Shown: in pieces, positions 40,107 through 47,767 of the stretch | How positions within the stretch are numbered: position 1 is the first letter of the stretch | Layout: every line of letters starts with the position of its first letter | Assembly: GCA_043811395.1 (NCBI GenBank) | Contig: JBDRNE010000037.1 | Span: forward strand, 1 to 47,767 | From: Candidatus Omnitrophota bacterium | GTDB taxonomy: Bacteria > Omnitrophota > Gorgyraeia > Tantalellales > Tantalellaceae | DNA: 47,767 nt | Direction: 5' to 3' | Program-made: the position numbers and the translations under genes | The notes under the pieces: generated by a model | The model's database searches: none | Told to the model about the DNA's origin: nothing | What the model saw: only the letters and a program-made list of their open reading frames with translations

Positions 40107-40130
40107 GGGACAAGCAGTCCTGCCCCCTAC
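40107..40130 (-). repeat. Degenerate GTAG-type REP overlapping the recX stop
   Basis: Minus strand GTAG-GGGGCAGG-ACTG-CTTGTCCC; its TAG is the recX stop. Confidence 0.7.
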
Positions 40131-40594
40131 TTTCGGAAATTTTCTTGTATTACATCTTCCGCAAGTTCCGCATCAAATCCTTTACTTAAAAGAAACCTGA
40201 AAAGTTTTATTTGAAGTTTTTCTTTTGAAATATTTTTTCCAAAACACGATTTATTCTTTATCAATTTTAACGCGATTACACGGTCGTCTAATTCACCGGT
40301 TTTATCCAAAAACACACGTTCAATAATGTTTTCTGAAACGCCTTTACAGATAAGTTCCTCTTTTACGATACTTACTGCCCTCGGGTTTAACCTGAGTCTG
40401 GAATCAATCCATGCTGAAGCAAACTTAAAATCATCTATCAGTTTTTCCTTTTTAAGCGTGCTAATTACATTCATTCGTACAGAACCGTCATACCCGGCTC
40501 TTTCAAGGCGTTTTTCTATCTCTTGCTCACTTCTCTCGCGTAAAGCTATCAACCTTAAAACATACTTTTTGCATTTTTCCGCGGAACTATTCAT
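40127..40594 (-). CDS. recX: Regulatory protein RecX
   Basis: RERSEQEI, IDD..FA, LLSKGF; directly downstream of recA. Confidence 0.92.
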   Translation of the reverse strand: MNSSAEKCKKYVLRLIALRERSEQEIEKRLERAGYDGSVRMNVISTLKKEKLIDDFKFASAWIDSRLRLNPRAVSIVKEELICKGVSENIIERVFLDKTGELDDRVIALKLIKNKSCFGKNISKEKLQIKLFRFLLSKGFDAELAEDVIQENFRK

Positions 40595-40600
40595 TTGAGA

Positions 40601-41641
40601 TTAACCGTTCGAAATCAAAGCTTTTTTGATTTCGTTTTCAATTTTATTTAGAATTTTTACATTTTCGTTAAGAAATATTCTGGCATTTTCTTTGCCCTGT
40701 CCTATCTTTTCATCCCCGTAAGAAAGCCATGTCCCGCTTTTTTTTATAACTCCCACCTCTTCAGCCAAATCAATAATACTGGACGACCTGGAAATTCCTT
40801 CATCGAAAAGTATATCAAATTCAGACTGTTTAAACGGGGGTGCCATCTTGTTTTTGACAATTTTTGCTTTCACGCGATTACCGATCATTTTATCGCCTCT
40901 TTTCAGCGTTGCTATACGCCTAAGATCTATTCTAACCGAGGAATAAAACTTAAGAGCGTTACCACCTGTCGTGGTTTCCGGGTTGCCAAACATAACGCCG
41001 ATTTTCATTCTGATTTGATTAATAAAAATAACACACGTCTTAGACCGGCTAATCGCGCCCGTAAGTTTTCTAAGTGCCTGGCTCATAAGCCTTGCCTGAA
41101 GCCCTACATGAGAATCACCCATATCTCCTTCTATTTCTTTTCTCGGGGTCAGAGCCGCGACAGAATCAATTACTACAACATCAACAGCATTACTTCGAAC
41201 AAGAGTCTCCACTATTTCTAAAGCCTGTTCACCATTGTCGGGTTGTGAGATAAGCAGGTTATCAAGATTTACTCCGATTTTTTTCGCGTAAAGCGGGTCA
41301 AACGCGTGCTCTGCGTCAATAAAAGCCGCTTCCCCCCCGTTTTTTTGCGCGTTAGCAAGAATACTCAACGTAAGTGTAGTTTTGCCACTTGACTCCGGAC
41401 CGAATATTTCAACAATCCTCCCTCTTGGAACTCCGTTTATACCTAACGCCAAATCTAACCCAAGGGACCCCGTTGAAATGGTTTCAACTTCAACCTTATA
41501 GTCTTTCCCCATTTTCATAATGGCACCTTGTCCAAAATCTTTCTCAATTTTGTTTAGCGCAAGTTCCAACGCTTTCTTTTTCGTGGAATCCGCTTTATTA
41601 TCTTTTTGCGCGACATTTTTCTCAGCAATTTTATCTGTCAT
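40601..41641 (-). CDS. recA: Recombinase A
   Basis: [23 protein letters not shown]. Confidence 0.99.
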   Translation of the reverse strand: MTDKIAEKNVAQKDNKADSTKKKALELALNKIEKDFGQGAIMKMGKDYKVEVETISTGSLGLDLALGINGVPRGRIVEIFGPESSGKTTLTLSILANAQKNGGEAAFIDAEHAFDPLYAKKIGVNLDNLLISQPDNGEQALEIVETLVRSNAVDVVVIDSVAALTPRKEIEGDMGDSHVGLQARLMSQALRKLTGAISRSKTCVIFINQIRMKIGVMFGNPETTTGGNALKFYSSVRIDLRRIATLKRGDKMIGNRVKAKIVKNKMAPPFKQSEFDILFDEGISRSSSIIDLAEEVGVIKKSGTWLSYGDEKIGQGKENARIFLNENVKILNKIENEIKKALISNG

Positions 41642-41679
41642 GATAGCCTCCTGGTAGCTGTTTAATTCATTTGTTGACT

Positions 41680-41708
41680 ATTATACTTATGGAAACTCTT
41701 TTTTGCAA
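41680..41708 (-). promoter_or_regulatory. Sigma70-type promoter for recA
   Basis: TTGCAA-17 bp-TATAAT. Confidence 0.7.
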
Positions 41709-41774
41709 AGAATTTCTTGTGTGATACATTATTATAGAAAAATAATATTATAATAACAATAGTATTGTAGCGAA

Positions 41775-42344
41775 TCAACCGGTAAGATTAAAAACTTGTA
41801 ACACTTCATACACAGTCTCTTTTGTGCTAAGTTTTGATTTAAATAACACGATTCGGGAAACATCAACTGAAACTGGTTTTACCGTTACGGAATGTAAAAA
41901 ATCTTTGAATAAAATACGATTTTTGATATGTTTAATTCTTCCTAAGGTAAGATGCGCCCTGAAGTTACGTTTTTCTTTTGGAAAACTTTTTTCAGCCAAA
42001 AGACTCTCAATTTTCTCGGCAATATCCGCAATTTGCCTCGATCCCTCTTTTATCCCTACCCATAACACACGCGGAGCATTTTCACCTGGAAATACGCCTA
42101 ATCCATCTAAAACAATTTCAAACGGCGTTATTCCTAAAACCGCGCTTTTTATGACACTTTTAACTTCGAGAAGTCTGCTTTCGGAAATGTTCCCCAGAAA
42201 TTTTAGAGTAAGATGGATATTTTTAGGTTTTACCCACTTAATATTTTCAGGTTTTTCCTGAAAAATACTATGGAGTCTCCTTAACTCAGCCTTCGCTTCA
42301 TCGGAAAGTTCTACTGCGATAAAAACCCTTATTTCATTCACCAT
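41775..42344 (-). CDS. thpR: RNA 2',3'-cyclic phosphodiesterase
   Basis: Two HxT motifs (HLTLKFLG, HLTLGR); the start lies in a heptamer tract and is uncertain. Confidence 0.93.
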   Translation of the reverse strand: MVNEIRVFIAVELSDEAKAELRRLHSIFQEKPENIKWVKPKNIHLTLKFLGNISESRLLEVKSVIKSAVLGITPFEIVLDGLGVFPGENAPRVLWVGIKEGSRQIADIAEKIESLLAEKSFPKEKRNFRAHLTLGRIKHIKNRILFKDFLHSVTVKPVSVDVSRIVLFKSKLSTKETVYEVLQVFNLTG

Positions 42345-42367
42345 GCACCCATTCACCATCAACCAAT
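42339..42367. repeat. Heptamer tract at the cinA/thpR junction
   Basis: caccatg cacccatt caccatc aaccaat. Confidence 0.65.
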
Positions 42368-42844
42368 TAAATTATAAACCATCTCCAACACCGCAGTGGC
42401 AAACTTGTTTTTAATACTCTCTCGACTACCTTTAAAAAATACTTTTCGCGTACTTTTCTTGCTTCCCGAAATAACCGCAATAAAAGCAAGTCCCACTGGT
42501 TTTTTCGAGGTTCCTCCGCCAGGACCCGCGATCCCAGTAACTGCCGTAGAAATATCAGCGCTGAAAACAGATTTCACGCCTTTTGCCATAGCCAAACACG
42601 TTTGGGAACTTACTGCCCCATACTTTTTAATATTTTTTTCAGGCACATTGAGAAGTGCTACTTTCGCGGAATTTGAATAGCTCACAATACTACCTAAAAA
42701 ATATTTAGAACTTCCGGCAATATTAGTAATACGGTTAGACACTAACCCGCCTGTACAAGATTCAGCACAAGCCAATGTTTTCTTTTTTTGAATCAATAAA
42801 TGGAACAGTTTTTTTTCAATAGATTCTTTTTTTCTTGATTCCAT
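42359..42844 (-). CDS. cinA: CinA C-terminal-domain protein (NMN deamidase, PncC-like)
   Basis: AESCTGG, GAVS, TGIAGPGGG..KPVG; no N-terminal MocF domain. Confidence 0.9.
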   Translation of the reverse strand: MESRKKESIEKKLFHLLIQKKKTLACAESCTGGLVSNRITNIAGSSKYFLGSIVSYSNSAKVALLNVPEKNIKKYGAVSSQTCLAMAKGVKSVFSADISTAVTGIAGPGGGTSKKPVGLAFIAVISGSKKSTRKVFFKGSRESIKNKFATAVLEMVYNLIG

Positions 42845-42851
42845 AAGAAGT

Positions 42852-42879
42852 ATTATACCGAAGAAAAAACGATTTACAA
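42852..42879 (-). promoter_or_regulatory. Promoter for cinA, probably leaderless
   Basis: TTGTAA-16 bp-TATAAT, 7 nt before the ATG. Confidence 0.6.
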
Positions 42880-42926
42880 AAACCCGATTATGTTGATGTC
42901 TCGTTGAAAAATAAAATTAAAAACTA

Positions 42927-43376
42927 TTATAAGTTTTTGAGATGTTCAAGATCATCCAGATCTCGATATCGCCCACTTGCTTTTTTATTCTTTTTCAAAT
43001 CTTTTAATGATATAAAGTTTACTTTTATACCTTCAATTGCTACTGTTTGTTTATTTTTATAACACTCAGTGAAGTCTACTCCATCTATAGAAGTTAAGAA
43101 CTCAATTCTAATAGGTGGAACACCCATACGAATATTTTTGTTCTTTTCCAAAAAAAGGTTTTCTTTTAACTCCGGAACATTAAATCCAAATTCTGTTAAA
43201 ACTTCTACCATTTTACGGGCATTAATTTCCGAAACAGCTACCCAAATATCCATACCACCAGTAGCTCTTGGATACCCATGCAATGCAACGGCATAACCGC
43301 CAACTAATAAATATTTAATTTTTTTTGAGTTCAGTAATTTTAATAACTCTTTGAAGTCTTTTGGCAGACGAATCAT
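42927..43376 (-). CDS. Nucleotidyltransferase-fold protein (GGxA..H...RxTxDxD family) with degenerate motif
   Basis: LVGGYAVALHGYPRATGGMDIW, K..SGR.RDLDD. Confidence 0.85.
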   Translation of the reverse strand: MIRLPKDFKELLKLLNSKKIKYLLVGGYAVALHGYPRATGGMDIWVAVSEINARKMVEVLTEFGFNVPELKENLFLEKNKNIRMGVPPIRIEFLTSIDGVDFTECYKNKQTVAIEGIKVNFISLKDLKKNKKASGRYRDLDDLEHLKNL

Positions 43377-43500
43377 ATCCGAAAATAATCCTTCTTAGCT
43401 TTTCGAGCGCTTCAAGCCGTTCCAAATGTGTTTTATTTTTCCAAAAAGAATAATCGTCACTCTCTGAAAGCGGCACAATTTCAAACATTTTTTTGTTCAT
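43315..43500 (-). CDS. 61-aa partner protein overlapping the nucleotidyltransferase gene
   Basis: FWKNKTHLERLEALEKLR; 62-bp overlap; own extended -10 promoter. Confidence 0.75.
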   Translation of the reverse strand: MNKKMFEIVPLSESDDYSFWKNKTHLERLEALEKLRRIIFGYDSSAKRLQRVIKITELKKN

Positions 43501-43570
43501 GCTTAATTATACCATATACTTCAAATTTGCCTAATAAAACTTTTTTACCCCTCTTATATGCCAACCCAAA

Positions 43571-46114
43571 TCACGCCTTGCTGAGAATATCTCTTACGTG
43601 CCTTATTGTTTCAGCATGTTTATCTTCTGTTTTGAATTTAACGGCATTTGGTATCAACCTTACAATGATGCTTTTCGCGTTACCATTAAATAAATTGTTA
43701 TATTCCGTTCCTGAAAGATCATTTATAAGAGTTGCATTCGGAATTTTCTCATACCACCTGCAAAGCTTTTCCTCGTTCCAATTAAGATACTTCCCCACAG
43801 CAAAAAAAACAGTTTCAACTAGCGGCAGATACGCTTTTTTCGAAAAATCCGTGTCATCAATCGCAGTGATAATTCCGTCACCTTCTATGCTTGAAAAATA
43901 TCCGCCAACATAATTAGCCTTAGTTGTCACAACAATAATGTTTTTTGCTTTAACTTTTCCCTTTTTAGCCGCAAATTCTTCTTTTGTTCCGCTTCGCACT
44001 TCCAACTTGCCGTTCAAAAATTCGAAAAGGCTTTTATTGTTGTTTTTAATATATGTTAATAATTGAATCGCGTTCTGTATTTCTTTGTAAATCTTCCCTT
44101 CATTCTTTTGTGAAAATTCTTCATCAAGATACAAAATAACTTTTTCTTTTTTTTCGAAAGCTTTTTCAGCTATATTAATCATGCCCTGAACAAGACGCGG
44201 CGTAATTTCTTTAGCGTTTCGGATAATTCTCTCTCCGTCCCAGGAATTTTGTGTATTACCTTTTAGTGTAGTTTCTTTTTGATTTTGTACCTTCGCATTT
44301 TTTTCATCTTGATCAGGTAATTCTGCTGTCATCAAACGTACTTTCAGATATCTATCCCGATAATATTTTCCTTCGAAATATTCCGAACAAATAAATCCGC
44401 TTTTTCTAAGTCTTGTCCTTATCCGCCTAGAATTAAACCTTTTATAATCCGGCATCCCCGCTTCAGAATTCCGCGTTGTTAAAATATATATACGTCCTCC
44501 TGGATTTAATACTTTTTTTATTCTTTCAAAAAGCACATCTTCATTGAGATAACCTATTGCTTCAGAAATAATTACCGCATCAAATTTCTCTACTGCCTCA
44601 AGTTCTAGCCAAAAATTTGAATTATTCACATCAGCTTCTATCGTATTTATACCTCGTTGTTTAGCCAGTTCTAAAACTTCGGGCGTACAGTCAACTCCGG
44701 TAACACTGCATCCTGCTCTAACAAAATTTTCTTCAAATATACCGTTTCCAACTGCAAGGGACAATATTTTGCCAGATGAACTAATTTGTTTTAGAATAAC
44801 TTCTGAAAGTTTTTTTCGAAGCTCTGATGCTTCAGGAGATGCTACTGTACTAATATGTCCTTCTATATACCGAAAAAAACTTTCAGAACTACCAAATACA
44901 CCATACTTCTTTTTAATATGTTCTATTGCCGTATTCTTGTTTTCAACAGGAAGTGATGCCTTAACTAAACATATAGTCGTTTTCTTCCCGTTGTAATACC
45001 TGCATTGTGTTTTTTTGTTAAATAAAAAACCGCTTCGCTTAAGTTTATTCTCAATCTGTTTATAGTTAAACCCTTTATACCCAAAAGAAAGCCCGGCCAA
45101 CTCTGAGCTAACAAGAATATATAAATCCCCACCAGGTTTTAAAATAGTTTTTATATTCTCAAACAACCTATCTTCATCATAATACCCAATTGATTCAGGA
45201 ATAATCACAGTATCAAATTTGACCTGGTTTTCATGCAATCTTTCCCAAACAGTCTGGTCATCCACATCAGCTTCTATTGTTTTGATTCCTCTTTTTTTTG
45301 CGCGAGATAAAACCTCCGGGCAAAAATCCATTCCTGTCATATCATATCCCGCCGCTACAAAGGGGTCCTCAAAAAGACCTCTTCCTATTCCCAGGGATAA
45401 TATCTTACCTTGGTCTGTGCTTTCTTCAGAAATAACATTAAAAAGCTGTTTACGAAGTTCCCTTTCATCCGGCATAGTCAAAGGACTCATCCCGAACTTA
45501 ACTCCTTCCTCGAAAACTACATCTGAATCCTTGAATACAGCGTAATTCCGTTTTACTATATTTTTATCTATTTGTCGGATTAAGGACTTACTAAAACTAT
45601 CATACTTTTGTTCTTCAATTAATACTTGTTTTGAAAGATAATCTCCTCTAAAAATTGGATATATCTTATAAAAGCGGTTGTTTGGATCCGGGTCAGGAAT
45701 TGCGGCACCAGGTATTTGATGATTATAATACCTGATTTTGCTTTGGCCTAAGTCAATTATAGCGGCAGACTTGCTATCAATTTCAACCCTCTCGGGTATT
45801 GTATCTTTCACTTCTTTGGGAATATTTTTTAAAATTTTCAACTGATTCAAACGGTTATTAATCAACGTTTCCATATGCCGGGCATTTAAATTGCGAGAAT
45901 CATTCTCTATCCTTCTAAGATACAAGTCCAGATATTTATTGGTAATGCCAGAAACTGCTTCGTAAGACGCAGAATCAGTAAAACGTGTCAAAGGCTGTAA
46001 AGTTTCCTTTTCAAAAACATTAGAATCAGCCCAAATTACACCATTCCAAAGCAATGAAATGCTTAGTACTAAAGAAATAGTTTTAATCCTGATATTATTT
46101 TTTGTTAATTTCAT
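43571..46114 (-). CDS. 847-aa signal-peptide protein with two tandem class I SAM-dependent methyltransferase domains
   Basis: Basic/hydrophobic N-terminus ending VIWA-D; repeated KILSLxxGxG, TGxD, EADV, KFDxVI, LxPGG. Confidence 0.85.
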   Translation of the reverse strand: MKLTKNNIRIKTISLVLSISLLWNGVIWADSNVFEKETLQPLTRFTDSASYEAVSGITNKYLDLYLRRIENDSRNLNARHMETLINNRLNQLKILKNIPKEVKDTIPERVEIDSKSAAIIDLGQSKIRYYNHQIPGAAIPDPDPNNRFYKIYPIFRGDYLSKQVLIEEQKYDSFSKSLIRQIDKNIVKRNYAVFKDSDVVFEEGVKFGMSPLTMPDERELRKQLFNVISEESTDQGKILSLGIGRGLFEDPFVAAGYDMTGMDFCPEVLSRAKKRGIKTIEADVDDQTVWERLHENQVKFDTVIIPESIGYYDEDRLFENIKTILKPGGDLYILVSSELAGLSFGYKGFNYKQIENKLKRSGFLFNKKTQCRYYNGKKTTICLVKASLPVENKNTAIEHIKKKYGVFGSSESFFRYIEGHISTVASPEASELRKKLSEVILKQISSSGKILSLAVGNGIFEENFVRAGCSVTGVDCTPEVLELAKQRGINTIEADVNNSNFWLELEAVEKFDAVIISEAIGYLNEDVLFERIKKVLNPGGRIYILTTRNSEAGMPDYKRFNSRRIRTRLRKSGFICSEYFEGKYYRDRYLKVRLMTAELPDQDEKNAKVQNQKETTLKGNTQNSWDGERIIRNAKEITPRLVQGMINIAEKAFEKKEKVILYLDEEFSQKNEGKIYKEIQNAIQLLTYIKNNNKSLFEFLNGKLEVRSGTKEEFAAKKGKVKAKNIIVVTTKANYVGGYFSSIEGDGIITAIDDTDFSKKAYLPLVETVFFAVGKYLNWNEEKLCRWYEKIPNATLINDLSGTEYNNLFNGNAKSIIVRLIPNAVKFKTEDKHAETIRHVRDILSKA

Positions 46115-46165
46115 AAACCAACTATACCTTCAACTAATAATTTGTGAGGAATTACTTTTTGTAAA

Positions 46166-46194
46166 ACTATAACAAAAACCCAACCAAAAAGCAA
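46166..46194 (-). promoter_or_regulatory. Promoter for the 847-aa gene
   Basis: TTGCTT-17 bp-TATAGT with a TGn extension. Confidence 0.6.
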
Positions 46195-46412
46195 TGCTCG
46201 ATACAAGGCGTTTATTTACTTAACATTATTAAGGAATCCGCTATCATTGGCGAGAACCTATTCAAAAGTATAACAAACTTTTTGAAAGCTTAATTTTATT
46301 TCTTCAAGTTTATTTTTTTTCGTATCTTGTTTATTTATAACGTTTTACAAGGCCAATTGGACGTATTTTAGATCTTATTACGCCTAATTCTTGAACATAC
46401 CTCTAATCCATA

Positions 46413-46441
46413 TTGACTTTAATCAGCTAATGCTATAAAAT
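46413..46441 (+). promoter_or_regulatory. Promoter for the diguanylate cyclase
   Basis: TTGACT-17 bp-TAAAAT. Confidence 0.6.
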
Positions 46442-46480
46442 CTTCTGATCTAAATAAATCAATACAAGGAAAAATGTACC

Positions 46481-47725
46481 ATGAAAATACTTAAAACAAA
46501 AAAAATACAGTCAAGCAATAAACCCGCGTTCAAAAAACCGGCTTTAACGAAACGTGAGCTTGAAAAGCTTTTTACTAAAGCTAAGAATGAGCTTATTATG
46601 CTTTCGGAAATAACCAACTGCATAATGGGTTCGCTTAAACTAGACCAGGTTCTTTATACAATTCTTACAGCTCTTACGTCACACGCCGGACTTGGATTTG
46701 ATAGAGCTATGTTTTTTATTGTAAATAAAAAAAGAGAAACTCTGGAAGGCAAAATGGCCATTGGCCCTCATTCCGCTGAAGAGGCCGATAAGATATGGCA
46801 ACATGTCTACAATCAAGAACTAGAATTGAATAATCTACTAAAAGCTTATGAAAAATTCAAAACCGATCCGGGATCAAAATTGAATTCTATCGTACAAGGC
46901 ATCAGAATACCGCTTCGTGAAGACACCGGAATACTAGCGCTCACAATACTCGAAGGCATGCCCTTTGAAATCACTACCCGCGAAGCTAAATCCATGGCTA
47001 ATGACCGCATAAAAAAATGGATTAAAATGGACCTTTTTGTAACTATTCCACTTAAGACCAAGACCAGTACATTCGGAGTAATACTTGTTGATAATATTTT
47101 TTCAAAAAAAACTATCACAAAAGACAATTTGCGTATATTAAATATGTTCGCGAATCACGCGGCTCTTGCGATTGAAAATTCCAGGCTTTATGAGAAAACG
47201 GTGCATCTTTCAAGAACGGACTGGTTAACAGGCCTGTGGAACACGCGTTATTTCAGCGCTATACTTGAAAAAAAATTAAAAAAAGCCAAAGAAACTAAAA
47301 ACCCTACCGCGCTTTTAATGATCGACATCGACAACTTTAAAAGATTTAATGACAAATTCGGACACAGGCAAGGAGACGACGCGATAAAAAAAGTAGCGGA
47401 TACCTTAAACCGTTATTCCCGCGGAACTGACTTTGTATGCAGGTACGGCGGTGAAGAATTCTGCATAATTATGTCAAAAACTAATAAAGCCGCGGCTAAA
47501 AGAATTGCTGAAAGGCTCCGGAAAGAAACTGAAAAATCTTTTAAAAAAGATAAAACAATTCCCAAAGAATACAAATTAACCATAAGCCTTGGACTCGCCT
47601 TTTTCCCGAATGACACTATTGAAAAAAATGATTTTATAAATAAGGCAGACCAAGCGCTATACCGCGCGAAACAAACGGGCAAAAACATTGTCTGCGTTTA
47701 TTCTACGGATTTTGATATACAATAA
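46481..47725 (+). CDS. GAF-sensor diguanylate cyclase
   Basis: GAF ending AALAIENSRLY, DWLTGL, DIDNFK..ND.FGH, RYGGEEF, RGTD I-site. Confidence 0.94.
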   Translation: MKILKTKKIQSSNKPAFKKPALTKRELEKLFTKAKNELIMLSEITNCIMGSLKLDQVLYTILTALTSHAGLGFDRAMFFIVNKKRETLEGKMAIGPHSAEEADKIWQHVYNQELELNNLLKAYEKFKTDPGSKLNSIVQGIRIPLREDTGILALTILEGMPFEITTREAKSMANDRIKKWIKMDLFVTIPLKTKTSTFGVILVDNIFSKKTITKDNLRILNMFANHAALAIENSRLYEKTVHLSRTDWLTGLWNTRYFSAILEKKLKKAKETKNPTALLMIDIDNFKRFNDKFGHRQGDDAIKKVADTLNRYSRGTDFVCRYGGEEFCIIMSKTNKAAAKRIAERLRKETEKSFKKDKTIPKEYKLTISLGLAFFPNDTIEKNDFINKADQALYRAKQTGKNIVCVYSTDFDIQ

Positions 47726-47738
47726 ATAACACTCCCGA

Positions 47739-47767
47739 AATAAATAGGGACGGAATAAATAGGGACG
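47739..47767 (+). repeat. 14-bp direct repeat AATAAATAGGGACG x2 at the window edge
   Basis: Copies at 47739-47752 and 47754-47767. Confidence 0.8.

Noticed and set aside
41642-41774. LexA/SOS box at recA
   Set aside because: Only low-complexity AT palindromes; no known box, and no matching motif seen at uvrB.
75-47688. Many 60-170 aa ORFs antisense to or nested in the long genes
   Set aside because: They are shadow frames of well-supported genes and have no motifs.
1-47767. Alternative genetic code, frameshifts or inteins
   Set aside because: TAA, TAG and TGA all end genes at expected lengths, and RecA, ValS, AlaS and UvrB are normal-sized.

Overview
AT-rich bacterial chromosome segment, standard genetic code. 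Gene content and protein style suggest PVC/Ca. Omnitrophota (inference, not verified). Bases 1-46,114 are an almost continuous minus-strand run, in transcription order: cinA-thpR-recA-recX-alaS, hisDBHAFI, trpEGDCFBA, ruvX, M16 and M50 peptidases, rpe, phosphohexomutase, lepA-lepB, pgsA-der-plsY, gpsA, tRNA-Pro(GGG), hom-thrC-apgM-lysC-cimA, valS, rluB, nadC, uvrB. A plus-strand GAF-GGDEF cyclase ends the window. Unexplained features: (1) an 847-aa signal-peptide protein with two tandem SAM-methyltransferase domains between unrecognised N- and C-terminal domains, a candidate exported effector; (2) a small-protein/nucleotidyltransferase pair whose catalytic Asp is replaced by Gly; (3) a self-contained 124-aa + 37-aa unit splitting plsY from gpsA; (4) several intergenic repeat families: a truncated RAYT with co-oriented GTAG-REPs, a second palindrome family (once nested in a REP), and two heptamer families, one supplying start codons, stop codons and SD-like sites. 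All calls were made by eye, with no database searches.
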